A stretch of DNA of 64,000 bases, taken from contig NC_057718.1 of NCBI RefSeq assembly GCF_004010195.1, positions 47,367,535 to 47,431,534 on the forward strand, given 5' to 3'. A program made the position numbers and the translations under genes. Under the pieces are notes generated by a model that saw nothing but the letters and a program-made list of their open reading frames with translations, made no database searches and was not told the DNA's origin. This DNA is from Chiloscyllium plagiosum (Eukaryota). Positions 38,796 through 51,439 of the stretch are shown here, one piece after another (positions within the stretch are counted from its first letter, which is position 1; every line of letters starts with the position of its first letter).

Positions 38796-39113
38796 TAGAT
38801 TAGATTAGATTACATTAGTGTGGAAACAGGCCCTTCGGCCCAACAAGTCCACACCGACCCGCCGAAGCGCAACCCACCCATACCCCTAAATTTACCCCTA
38901 TACCTAACACTACGGGCAATTTAGCATGGCCAATTCACCTGACCTGCACATCTTTGGACTGTGGGAGGAAACCGGAGCACCCGGAGGAAACCCACGCAGA
39001 CACGGGGAGAACGTGCAAACTCCACACAGTCAGTCGCCTGAGGCGGGAATTGAACCCGGGTCTCAGGCGCTGTGAGGCAGCAGTGCTAACCACTGTGCCA
39101 CCGTGCCGCCCAC
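38796..39113 (-). mobile_element. Full-length, young HE1 V-SINE
   Basis: Minus strand GGGCGGCACGGTGGCACAGTGGTTAGC (A-box), GGTTCAATTCC (B-box), V-domain, (AATCT)n tail; CpGs retained. Confidence 0.97.
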
Positions 39114-40189
39114 AAATATGATGGATAAATCCACCAAACTATGAATCCAACACTCAGCTCCGATAAAGACACAATAGAGTGTTTTGATACACTGTCAAAG
39201 AGATAAAATACACGTCAAATGTAGTTGAGAATAAATTTCTATAGTAGTTCACCAATGTGTCTACTGTAATTTTGGTGAAAGGACCATGGAAATCCCAGAG
39301 AAGTGGCAGAAATGTTTGTGTCGCTTTTTTTGTCCTGTAGCTCTTCTATCAATGTTACAAAAAACAAGCTGAAGAACGCTGACAGAAATTCACCAAATGC
39401 GAACATGAGAAATAGGTGCAAACAGTCCCTCAAAAATAGATTCCAAAACTTGCCTGATGACTAGCCTTAGGCTAATTGGCCTGTATTTTCCTACTTTTGC
39501 TGTATATTAGTCTAGAAGGGTGTGAAAGGGTTACTACTTGACTGAATATGATAAGCATAACAAACTGTGAAGATAGTATGAGAACTTGTTGGGACAGTAA
39601 AGTAGGATCTCACAGGACACAGACCTAAGATAGGTCCACCCAACAGTGTGTGCAGTAATGAAAAGCCTATTCTTATAACTTCTAAATGGTTGCTTACTCT
39701 TCAAGACTCTTCTTGTTAGATTAAAAGATGGCTATGCTTGCACACATTAGACCCTTAGAAAATATGGATGAGGGCACACCACAGTTTTCTCTCCCTCTTC
39801 TTTCTCACATTTTTCTAATCTGCAGAGACCATTTCCGAATCTCAGAATTTTGGAATGCAGTGCATCTACTATCTCTTCAGTTATCTACTTTAGACTCTTG
39901 GGATGTGGAGCTGATTGGATTTTAATCCCTTGAGTTTATCTAGTACTTTTATTCTTCTGATATAAATTGGTTCAATTTCTCCTATGTTTGTTTCCAAGAA
40001 ATCAAAATTAACTTAGCTATTCTCTTCATTTTTATTTACTTGCAAAGCTTTTAAAATCTGCATTTATATTCTTCGCTAGTTTAATCTCATATTTGTTATT
40101 ATAACTGTGCAAACATTGACCAAATCTCAGACAAAATTTTGTTTATAGTTGTAGTCACTTAATCATAAAAAGACATATGTAGCTCAAGG

Positions 40190-41760
40190 AATTTTTTTAT
40201 TCACTCATAGCACTTGGACAATGCTGGCTGGCTAGGAATTTTTATTGTCCATCCCTAGTTGCCCCTGAGAAGGTAGTGGTGAGCTGCCTTCTTGAATCAT
40301 TACAGTCCAGGTGCTGAAAGTTGACTATAATGTCCTTACGGAGGAAATTCCAGGATTTTGGCACAGCAACTGTAAGCAACAGTGATACATTTCCAAGTCA
40401 GGATGATGAGTGGCTTGGAGGGCAACTCACCGGTGGTGGTGTTCCCATGTATCCAGTGTCCTTATCCTTCTAGAGAAAAGTGGTCATAGGTCTGGAAGGT
40501 GATGTCTAAGGATCTTTGGTGAATTTCTGCAGTGCATCTTGTAGACAGTACACACTGCTAATACTGGAGGGCTGCTTTATCCTGGGTGATACCAAGCTTC
40601 TTGACTGTTGTTGAAGCTGCAGCCATCCAGTGGGGAGCATTCCATTATACTTCTGACTTGTGCCTTATGGATGGTGGACAGGCTTCAAGAGGTCTGGTGG
40701 TGAGTTACTTGCTGCATTATTCCTAACCCTCTAACTTGCTCTTGTAGCCAGTGTGTTTATGTGGTGAGTCTAGTTATGTCTCTGGTCAACAGTAACCCCA
40801 GGGTGTTGATAGTGGGGGTAACACCATTGAATGTCAAGATGTCTCTTATTGGAGATTATAATTGCCTGGCTTTTGTGTGGCATGAATGTGACTTATTATT
40901 TGTCGCCTAAGCCTGGATATTTTCCAGATCTTCTTGCATTTGAACATGGACTGCTTCAGTATCTGAGGAGCCACGAATGGTGCTGAACATTGTGCAATCA
41001 TTGGCAAAATCCCCACTTCTGATTTTATGATGGACAGAAGGTCATTGATGAAGCAGCTGATGGTGGTTGGGCTGAGGACATTACCCTGAGAACTCCTGTA
41101 GAGATGTCTCAGAGCTCATGTGACTGATCTCGAACAATCACAACCATTTTCCCACATGCTAGTTACGCCACAAGCCAATGGAGAGTTTGCTCCCTGATAT
41201 CCATTGATTCCAGCTTTGCTAGGAGTCCATGATGCCACACTCAGTGAAATGCAGCCTTGATGTCAAGGGCTGTCACTCTCCCCTCACCTCTGGAATTCAT
41301 CTCCTTTGTCCATGTTTGAACCAAGGCTGTAATGAGGTCAAGAGCTGAGTGGCCCTGGTGGAACTGAAACTAGGCGGCACTGAGCAGATTATTGCTGAGT
41401 AGGTGCTGCTTGGTAGCACTGTAGATGGCAGCTTCCATCACTTTATTGATGGTCAAGAGTAAACTGATGGGTTGATAATTGGCCAGGTTGGATTTGTCCT
41501 ACTTTGTGTATACATGGACAATTTTCCAATGTGTAGAGGTCAGTATCATAAATGTACTGAAAAAGGTTGGCTAGGGGAGTGGCAAGTTCTGGAGCACATA
41601 TCTTCAGTACTGTTGTCTTAGAATATTGTCAGGACCCTTGGCCTTTGCAGTATCCAATGCCTCTGACCATTTCTTGACATCACGTGGAGTGAATAGAATT
41701 GGGTAAAGACTGGTATCTGTAATTGTGGGGACTGCAATGTTGCACAATGGCAGATGGAAA
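40190..41760 (-). mobile_element. CR1/L2-like LINE family C, RT region to 3' end
   Basis: Minus strand RVTALDIKAAFH*VWHHGLLAKLESM at ~41.19-41.28 kb; tail GGGCAACTAGGGATGGACAATAAA. Confidence 0.88.
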
Positions 41761-42024
41761 TGTGAAATATTTCATTGTTGATATGTTTGTGATTCGAATT
41801 CTTTGATAGTGCTCTTTTGGATTCCACAGAATTTGAATTTGAAATTAAGTGCACCTAAGTAAGAACACCAGGAAAAACACGTTCTTTGTTTGCATTCAGG
41901 TTTCCTACTGATAATATACAATGTTAATTGGATTGAATATAATTAAGCCAGCCTCAACATTTTCAATTGTCCCCAAATTCCATACACCCTAACAGTTACA
42001 ACAGCCAGCTAAATAACTTCGAAG

Positions 42025-42316
42025 ACTGTTGCCTCACAGCACCAGGGACCCAGGTTTGATTCCAGCCTTGGCTGACTGTCTGTGTGGAGTTTGCACATTC
42101 TCCCAGTGGGTTTCCTCCGGGTGCTCCAGTTCCCTCCCACAATCCAAAGGTCGTGTAGGTTAGGTGAATTGGCTATGCTAAATTGCCTATCGTGTTCAGG
42201 GATGTGTAGGTTAGGTGCATTAGTTGGGGTAAATGTAGAGTGGATACTCTTCGGAGGGTCGGTGTGGACTTGTTGGACCGAAGGGCCTGTACCCACACTA
42301 TTCTATTCTATTCTAC
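42025..42316 (+). mobile_element. HE1 SINE, 5' end slightly truncated
   Basis: GCCTCACAGCACCAGGGACCCAGGTTTGATTCC; V-domain; (TTCTA)n tail. Confidence 0.92.
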
Positions 42317-42623
42317 TCATACTTGTTGGATGGTTGGATTTAAAACAATGAAATACAAGCATAATATTATGAAGACAGTAGAACCAGAGGCAGGGAGGAA
42401 GCTGTGGGACAATTTATAACAAGTTGAGATTATTGTTTGTTCCATCACTAAATTAGTTAATAAAACTAACACTTTCAGGGAGTTTGGCATCAGGTGTATG
42501 ATGTTACAGCTCTGTGTGGCTGCTCATGAAAGCAGGAGATCACAGAATTACTCTTTAAGTTCATAGTCTATGTGCAAACTCCCATTAGAAGTCCATTGGA
42601 GATACAGTAGTCTTCACAGAATT

Positions 42624-42919
42624 ATCATAGAATCCCCTACTATGTGGAACCAGCCCTTCGGCCCAACAAGCCCTCTGAAGAGTAACCTAACCAGACCCAT
42701 TTCCCTCCCCTATTATCCTATATTTACCCCTGACCAATGCATCTAACCTACAATTTAGCATGGCCAATTCACCTAACCTGCAAATCTTTGGACTGTGGGA
42801 GGAAACCGGATCGCCCAGGGAAAACCCACGCAGACACGGGGAGAATGCGCAAACTCCACACAGGCAACTGCCAGAGGCTGGAATCGAACTGGGTCCCTGG
42901 TGCTGTGAGACAACAGTGC
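42624..42919 (-). mobile_element. HE1 SINE
   Basis: V-domain and tail as in other copies; inverted relative to the 42025 copy ~300 bp away. Confidence 0.92.
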
Positions 42920-43389
42920 AAATCAAAATCTAGTAATTCTAATTAAAGCAAAACAATCAGAAGCATTGATTACAAGTACTAGATTTGTAGAGTGTCCGTT
43001 TGTTTGGCATGAACAGTCAGACGTTCAACATCTATATTGTAGACAAATGTCATCTTTATGTTTGGCATCTTTTCTCATTGCTTCCCACTTACATCGTCTC
43101 TTCTGATGTTGCCGCTTTATTTTAACACTGCTCCACATTGTAAGGAGAGTTTGCCACAGTGTGCTCATAATTGAAACAAACAGTCACAACAATGGAAAGT
43201 AGGACCCCAAGAGTAGTCCAAGTGGGGAAAAGATGAGCATGACAAAAGGAGCTGTGAAGGAAGGAAGGAGCCGGAGGCGTGATAAGAAGGGGGAAGAGAA
43301 ACAGAAATAAGAACTATTCTCAGATGGCAGAAGAAAACATTAATTGGATAGGTGGACAGCACAATCTGAAGAGAGGAGGAGAATTAATC

Positions 43390-44140
43390 AAGTTCAAACC
43401 CATCGTCCTAAAATAAGTGGCTGCAGAGATAAAAAAATGCAATGGCTGTAATTTTCCTAAAAACTCTAGATTTCAGAACGGTCCAGGCAGAGTGGAAAAC
43501 CACAAATGCATCACCTCGATTTAAGAAATCAGGTAAATGGAAAGCAGAAGACTATGAGCCAGTTAACCTAACATCAGAAAAATGCTGAAATCCATTATTA
43601 AGTAAATAATCGCAGAGAACTTAGAAAATCAAAATATAACCAGGAAGACTCAGCAAAATTTTGTGAAAGGAAATTATGAATAACATGTTGTCAGCTTTGG
43701 TATGCAGGTAGGCACTCTCATTTGAGTCATCAGACATTTACAGTAACAGCTTGGAGTTGGTGCAGAACATAACCTACCTTTATCCTGCTGCTGATCTTGA
43801 CAGCATCTAGTGTTGCTCCATTGCAGGTGATAGAACTGCACGTGTGCTCTTGTGATGAAGAAATGATGCCTATTTTCCGCAGCATTAAGAGTCAGTCAAT
43901 GCTTATGAGATCAAAGGCCTTACTGAGGTCTATGAAATGTTATTGCCAATGTACAGGGTTATGTGAGACCATATCTGGAGAATTAAAAACAGTTTCCATC
44001 TCTTCTATTTGAGAAGGGATATACCTGCAATGAAGATATTTCAGAGATAGCTCTCTGAGATAATTCCTAGGAGGAAGGGGTTGTCTTATGAAGAGGGTTG
44101 AGTAAGCTGAACCTATACTCTTTGGGGTTTAGCAGAATGA
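43390..44140 (+). mobile_element. Old CR1 fragments
   Basis: GAAGACTATGAGCCAGTTAACCTAACATC (NYRPVSLTS-like); GGGTTGTCTTATGAAGAG (GLSYEE). Confidence 0.65.
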
Positions 44141-44273
44141 GAGGTTGTACTAACCCGTACTTGGCCCATGGGGAAATACTAATTAATCTCCTTGTGTAAC
44201 TCATTGAGTATGAGGGCCCTTGATGATAGGGAATGGCCTGCCCAGCTGGAACTCATTACCTGAACGCTTTACC

Positions 44274-44345
44274 TTGTGGCATAGTGGTGCTGACCCTACC
44301 TCTGAACCAGAAGATCCAGGTACAAGACTCATATGCTCCATAAAG
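44274..44345 (+). mobile_element. Short tRNA-derived SINE, partial copy
   Basis: TTGTGGCATAGTGGTG...CCAGGTACAAGACTC resembles 44567-44670 and 17165-17281. Confidence 0.55.
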
Positions 44346-44566
44346 AAAAGCAGACCTCCTCCCCTCCCCCCACCCTTCATTTTTGATGGTTCGCATTATC
44401 CATAATAGACTTTGTTTGTAAGTATTCAATTGGCTACATGGAAGATTACTGATGGTGGTCATTAATTAAAAACAAACAAAATATCACAAATGATTTAATG
44501 GTGAGAAAGTCATTCGGTTGTGTGTGATAACTCTTCTAATATAACAAACAAAGCAGTCCCAGATGG

Positions 44567-44670
44567 CTCTTGAGGCATAGTGGTAGTGTTCCTGCCTTTG
44601 AACCACAAGTCCAGGTTCAAGTTTCACTTGGCCCAGAGGTGTGTCTCTGAGTAGGTTCATCAGAAGATAA
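44567..44670 (+). mobile_element. Short tRNA-derived SINE
   Basis: GGCATAGTGGTAGTG...GGTTCAAGTTTC...AGAGGTGTGT..TCTGAGTAGGTTCATCAGAA. Confidence 0.65.
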
Positions 44671-45664
44671 GCAGACCCAGCAATGGATCTATAAGGACAT
44701 CAAGGGTTATGAGGTGCTGGCAGACAAGTGCAGTTAAGGCCACAATCAGGACTGCCATGATCGTATGGAATGGCCAATCAGGCTTGGGGGGGGTCAAAGG
44801 GCCTACTCCTATTGCTTATGTTCTTGTAAATTGTGTGGTTTGGAGGAAAGAGTGAACTAATGAAATGTTCAGAGACAGAATGCTCTATAAATTGGTGGTG
44901 GGTGGTGCTATATTCCAAGAGGACCAGGAGATCAAAGTGTTTTAACAGCAAGAGCTTTATTATGAAGATATTTACTCTGCAAGGAGCAAGGTAAGATTAA
45001 ACTGTTTTTCTCCAAAATGACTGATGACATTATCATGACATCACATGATGGGATTCTTAAAGTGATAGTCCACCATACTTACCAATACACAATATGCGAG
45101 TATTGGATTGGGAGAGCTAGGAATGAAAATGAACAGATTACAAGAACAGTCTAAAATTAATGTTGAGGAGGAGGTCAAAGGGAACATATCTCTTTAAGGA
45201 AGGACATTACTGACTGCTGAGGTCAATTTTGGGAACACGGTGATCCAACTGGCTTACTAAAAATCAAAAATGCAATTTATTTTTACTATTCATTTTACAT
45301 TAAAAATGTATTGATTATAAATTTTAAAATAATCTAGAATTGGCTGGATAGGATCACCATAATGTAAAAGTTCTCAAATTTCTCATGAAATTTATCAAGA
45401 ATGCCCAAAAACTGTGGCACAAACTGATACATTCCATCAGAAACTGATGAAACCTGTTGACTATAGTCCTCCCTAGAATGATTCTATGGCCTATTATTTG
45501 TGGTCTAAATTTCCTAGCTGTTTCTAAGCAATTGTTAGAAAGTAAATTAAACATGTTTTCTTGTAGTTATATTATTTGTTGCTCTTGCAATAAAGAACTT
45601 TTAAAACAAAGACAATAAAATCTCAAGTGTCAGATAAAGAATAGTTTACAAATATGAAAATATT

Positions 45665-45789
45665 AGGAGAAAGTGAGGACTGCAGATGCTGGAGATCAGA
45701 GCTGAAATATGTGTTGCTGGAAAAGCGCAGCAGGTCAGGCAGCATCCAAGGAGCAGGAGAATCAACGTCTCGGGCATAAGCGCTTCCTC
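45665..45789 (-). mobile_element. Mini Penelope-derived element (family A)
   Basis: Perfect 14-bp TSD AATATGAAAATATT at 45651-45664 and 45790-45803; truncated within the hammerhead core. Confidence 0.9.
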
Positions 45790-45819
45790 AATATGAAAAT
45801 ATTGTACCCTAGTTAGATA

Positions 45820-47730
45820 GAAGCATAGAAAATAGGAGTCGGCTGGGCAATTTGGCCCTTCAAGCCTGCTCTGCCATTCATTATGACCATGACTGATTTT
45901 CCAACTCGATAGCCTGTTCCTATTTTTCCACCAAATCCGTTGATCCCTTTAGCCTCATATGCTATATCCAATTCCTTCTTGAAATCCTACAATATGTTGA
46001 CCTCGACTGCCTTCTAGGGTAGCAAATTCCACAGGTTCATCACTCTCTAGGTGAAGAACTTTCTCCTCATCTCAGTCTTAAGTAGTTTACCCCATATCCT
46101 TAGACTGTGACTGTTCTAGGCATTACCCATCAGGAATATCCTTCCTGCATCTGCCTTATCTAGTCCTGTTAGAATTTTATAGGTTTCTATAATATCCTCC
46201 CTCATGCTCCTGAACGCCAGCAAATATAATCCTCACCATTTCAACTCCTCCTCATTTGTCAGTCCCATCATCCCAGGAATTTGTCGGGTAAACCTTCATT
46301 GCACTCACTCCATAGTAAAAGCATCTTCCTCAGATAAGGAGACCAAAACTGAATATAATATTCCAAGACATTCCCACTCCTGAATTTGAATCCCCTTGCT
46401 GTAATAGTCACATGCTTTCCTTACCACCTGTGACACCTGCGTGATTACCTTCAGCAACAGGTTTATTAGGGCATCCAGATCTTGTTGCACATTCCCCTCT
46501 CTCAATTCTTAGCCAGTCAGATAATGATTTGATTTTCTGTTTTTGCCACCAAAGTAGATAGCTGTACATTTATCCACATTATACCACATTTGCCATCTAC
46601 TTACTCTGCTTGTCCAAATCACATTGAAGCATCTCTGCAACCTCCTCGGAGCTCAACCTCCCCTCTAGCTTTGTGTCACCTGCAAATCTGGAGATATTTC
46701 AGGTAGTTGCCTCGTACAAATTATTAATATATTTTGTGAATAGTTGGTGACCTAGCAATGATCCCTGCAGTACCCCGCTCATTACTGTCTCTCATTCGGA
46801 AAAAACCTGTTTATTCATAAACTTTGTTTCCTATCTGCCAACCAGTTCTCTATTCATTTCAATCCTCTACCATTAATCTCACGCACTTTATACTTGAATT
46901 TTACACAGTATTCCATTATGTGGGACTTGGTCAAAATCCTTCTGAAAGTTGAAATAAACCACATCCACTCTACTTGTTATATCCTTGAAGAATCCCAGTA
47001 GATTTGTTAAACATGATTTCCCTTTCATAAATCCATGCTGGCTCTATCTGATTCAGCCACTGTTTTCCAAATGCTGAGCCATTTATTCTTTTATAATGGA
47101 CTTTAGCAGTTTCCTCACTGCTGACAGGTTTATATTTTTGGGTTTTTCTCTGCTTCTCTCCTTAAATAAGGGGGTTAAATGAGCTACTCTCCAATCTGTA
47201 GAAACGACTCCAGAGTCTTTTGAATTTTGGAAAGTGACAAAGCTTTTCACTGTACTTAGGAACACATAACTACAATAAATCAAATCAAAGTGATCACCAA
47301 TGCATCCACTATTTCTAATGCCACTTTGTTAAGTACTCTGGGATGTAGATTATCAGAGATTTGTTGGCCTCCAATCCCATCAATTTCAAAATTCTATTTC
47401 CTTGCTAATACCGATTTCCTTCAGTACTTCCCTTTCACTAAACCATGTGTTCCCCAACATTTCTGGCATCTTAATTGTATGCTCATTTGCGAACACAGTA
47501 CCAAATTATGTATTTAGTTGGTCAGCATTTCTTTGTTCCCTGTATTTTGACTGTAAAGGACTTGTGTTTGGCTTCACCAATCGTTTTCTTTTTACATAAT
47601 AATATTAGAAAATTTTACAGTCCGTGTTTGTGTTCCCCTCAAGATTACTGTCATACTTTATTTTCCCTTAATTACTCAACTCCTATATCCTCCTTGACTA
47701 AATTCTAAACTGTTTCCCAATCCTTGGGTA
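45820..47730 (-). mobile_element. CR1 LINE fragment (RT plus 3' end)
   Basis: ORF 47083..47283(-) has GVVSTDWRVAHLTPLFKERSREKP; TTTCATAAATCCATGCTG (QHGFMK on minus strand); AAGCATAGAAAATAGGAG tail. Confidence 0.88.
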
Positions 47731-48794
47731 TGTTATTTGATTTTCTTTTAAATAAAATACCTTTGTTCATTGCAGAATCTAAATCACTCAAAAATATACT
47801 CAAAAAATAAAATGTCAAAGAAGAAACATCTGATTCATGAATCTTTTGCCTTACCACAACATATTCCATGTCATATTGCACCCAATTTCCTCTCAGTCAG
47901 TGGACTAGACAAGAATTGTTTGCTCACTAATAGATTCCATTCCACTGAACTGTGCTAGTTGTACTATTGGTTCTTATCAAAACACTTTATAAATCATGAC
48001 TTTTGCTGATAATTTCCCATAGCTTCATGGTAAGTTCTTTTAAGTTACTTGAAATGATTTCAAGTGTTATCATATTGACCTTTATACTTTAGATTCGGGA
48101 GTTTGACTCCCTGTTTTTATCTATGAATTCCAACACCCATCTAAATCTCTTTAATTACTTCCAGCCTCTAACTTGCAGAACATTTGCACTCCTCCATTTC
48201 TCGTCTTTTAAAAACTCCAATTTTAATTACCAGTTGTAGTCATACTTTCACATGCCATAGCCCTCCATAACTCCCTCATTAAACAACTCCTCCTTTCTGC
48301 TTCTTTTTCCTTCTTTAAATTAAACCTGGGTGCATAATCAGGCCGTTTGGTCATCCATCCTGGCACTTTTTTTGTCACTCGGTGTAAAATTATGTTATGG
48401 AAAATGTTATGTTCGCGTTACAAAATTTCTTGTGTTGCATGTGTTCTTGTTGAGCCAGTTTGCTGAATTAGCATTTCCAATCCACTCCTTGTACTCCAGT
48501 GGTAAATTCAGTTTTCTTGTTGCTGATCTGATTCTAAGAAGCTGGATTTAGTCATGGAAGCCAACAGCTTAAATCACAGGGATGACAGCCCCCTGGGGTA
48601 TGAATTAACTCGGGTCCAAGTATTGTGAACTTCACTTAGCTCTGCGTAAAGCTTTATAACAAAATAATTAAGAAGGATGATGTCACAGGCGAAATGTATG
48701 GATTCCCTTGAATGTCCATAATCAGCACGTTTGGTATGGAAGAGATGTGAGTTTTCTTATCTTTAGTGTGTGCAGCCCAGTTAAATAATCACAG

Positions 48795-48873
48795 CAGTCG
48801 AGAGTGTGGTGCTGGAAAAGCACAGCAGGTCAGGCAGCATCCGAGGAGCAGGAGAAACAACATTTCAGGCATA
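48795..48873 (-). mobile_element. Mini Penelope-derived element (family A), partial
   Basis: GAGAGTGTGGTGCTGGAAAAGCACAGCAGGTCAGGCAGCATCCGAGGAGCAGGAG. Confidence 0.85.
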
Positions 48874-50349
48874 ATACCAGCACCAAACGTTTGTGATTTT
48901 GAGGACAAAGAGTTTTTTTTGTCACTTATTTAATCCAGAATTAAAACACAATACCTCATACATGCACAGTTACACAAAAAAAGTTTGGCTACAGGTAAAG
49001 GTAAAACTGTTACAGTCTTTGGTTAACTCAGAAAACAGAATAGAAAATAAAGACTATGATGATTTTAATGCTTTGAAGTGAAACAAGGGACTTCTAAAGT
49101 GAAGGATTTCCAGCCAAAAGTGAGTTTTTTTTTATATAGCTGAATTTCTCGAAGTTTGGTTCTGATGTAAATGATTTTTTTTTAACAGATTGGGAGACTC
49201 CTTCTCTCCATTGAGGCTTCCTGCTTATGACGTATTGCTGTTAATTACCTTGAATATCCTGCAGCTAGTTTTATGATCTTCAGCAAGGGAGGGAGTCTGC
49301 TCTTGGCTTTGACCTCAAAACAATAGAATTAACAGAGGTCAGGAATCCTGGTCTTAAGGAAAGGGAAAAAGTAAATGAGTTGTGTCACAAAGACAAGTCT
49401 CTGCAGATCTTAATCTTCTGGTAAAGGTGTGGGTGCAGAATGATCATTACATATTAGGAGAATCAAAAATGAATGAATGAAAGTGTTAATCAAAGTTATT
49501 TTAAACAATAGCTGCATTTTCGTAAAAGACAAAGCCTTCCTTTCAACAGGCAGCCAGAGAACTCTGTATTGCTGTCAGTCAGCTATTCTCACTGACCAAA
49601 AAACACCAGACGTGTATGACTGCTTTGTGTTTTTGTATGTCCTAATGTAAACCTGAACCTTTCACTTAGATGGTGTAACCATTTTAAAAGTATTTTGAAG
49701 GCTATGAAAAGACTTGTATGATGCCACAGAAACACCAGGCAGTTAAAATAAATAAGAAAGGAACAATGGGCAGACTGGAAATGGTCTGAAGAAACAATTA
49801 TGTCAAGACACTTAGCAACAAGAACTTAAAGCAAAGCTGGAGATAAATACGTCGTAATCAACTTTCCATGCCATTGTTTTGACATGCTCACTGCTGTGAT
49901 GTTCCAAAGCTGAAGATCAATTTTAGCTTCTTGGTGTCAGATGCAAAATATTCTTGTTCTTATTGTGCTGCGAAAGAATATTTAGAGTTTGCTGAAATAG
50001 TTTCTTATTTAAGAAACATCTTACTGTGTCTTTATTTTCAAAGCTTCAAGAGAGAGCAAGATAATGGCGTTATATTGCTTCCTGTGATGTTGCATTCTGT
50101 CTCCTCACAGTCAGACCAAAGCTGTTATATAATGGGAAGATTCTGCAGAAGTTTCTTCCAGCACCATGTGAGGATGTCATGGTTAATGTCAGGACATTGC
50201 AAAAAAGAGGTTTTTACAATCCTAGAATGATACAGAAAGAGATTATACTTTTCATTCAAATGTTATGATTAATATTGAACTTGCTATCAAAGCACTGTGT
50301 GCAAATAAAAATTATATACTAAACATTATTAACTGCAAATCCAACTGGA

Positions 50350-50538
50350 CCATGGGACTGCTGTCTTATTAGAGACAGATGACTTGTGGTGGTTTAGCCT
50401 GAGAGTCAAAGGGAGACATTGAGAAAGAGTCTTCCCCCCCCCCCCCCCCCCCATGGTCACCCCTGCCAATGTGGGAATTAAACCCACATTGTTGGTTTCA
50501 CTGCATTGAAAACCAGCTATCCAAGCTAACCAACCCCC
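50350..50538 (-). mobile_element. tRNA-derived SINE (further family) with an expanded poly-C run
   Basis: Minus strand GGGGTTGGTTAGCTT...GTGGGTTTAATTCCCAC (B-box-like)...AAACCACCAC. Confidence 0.6.
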
Positions 50539-50554
50539 TATAAATACAATGGTG

Positions 50555-50609
50555 ACACAGCTAGTTCAGCCAGTAGCACATCAGACTTTTGATCTCAGGG
50601 TCGTGGGTT
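50555..50609 (+). pseudogene. Truncated tRNA-Lys-derived sequence
   Basis: GCTAGTTCAGCCAGTAGCACATCAGACTTTTGATCTCAGGGTCGTGGGTT aligns by eye to vertebrate tRNA-Lys; ends at the T-loop. Confidence 0.7.
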
Positions 50610-50710
50610 ATTGGCAGTATTGCTATGGCGACAACACAAAAGCAATCAACATCAACCCCAAAAGTTCTTGGACAGGCTACAGGGTAAATGCTCAAATTAG
50701 TACTAGAAAT

Positions 50711-50928
50711 GGACAAAGAGAAAATGAGAACTGCAGATGCTGGAGATCAGAGTCAAGAGTGTAGTGCTGGAAAAGCACAGCAGGCCAGGCAGCAACCGAG
50801 GAGCAGGAGAATCGATGTTTCTGCCATAAGCCCTTCATTAGAAATTCAGGGCTTATGCCCGAAACATCGATTCTCCTGCTCTTCGGATTCTGCCCGACCT
50901 GCTGTGCTTTTCCAGCACCACACTCTCC
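50711..50928. mobile_element. Fold-back (palindromic) family-A mini-PLE
   Basis: ~79-bp inverted arms ~50756-50834 / ~50848-50926 meeting in the hammerhead region; flanking ACTAGAAAT at 50702-50710 and 50929-50937. Confidence 0.88.
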
Positions 50929-51439
50929 ACTAGAAATCTTGGTCCTGATTCAAATAATTGCAACCAATATACTAATAATCAATATGTTGACAAATTCAGT
51001 ATGCTTTCTCTGAGCTGAACTTTTAGATCATATCCTCTTAGTGATAAAGACCACCTTCTAACATATCCATAACAGTGGACATCTGCACTGCTCCCTTACT
51101 GCTGCTGAAACTCCAGCTCCAAGCTTCATTGTTCTGATGTTCTTCTGGTCCAATTCCTGATTTTCCATGTTAGCCAAAGAAGAGGATAAATTCAGCCCGT
51201 CCAACATTTTACAGCACACATCCTATACAGCACAAAGACGTACTGAACGACTGACATCAGCTTCTGCTTCCCAATACCGATCATTTCAAATTCTGATCCT
51301 CTGTATAACCTCCTCCAGCTCTCTGAATCCTCTCATCTTCTCCCATTTCTTCAGTCCTCTGACTCCAGCCTTTAATGTTCGCTTCCACAGCACTTCAATT
51401 TTTTGGATACCCTTCTCTATTTCTCCATCGTCTCTTCCT

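Noticed and set aside
38796..39113. tRNA gene calls at SINE heads
   Set aside because: The A/B boxes belong to HE1 and other SINEs; no complete cloverleaf
44906..45089. Possible short solo LTR (TG...CA, AATAAA on the minus strand)
   Set aside because: No matching TSD and only one copy in the window
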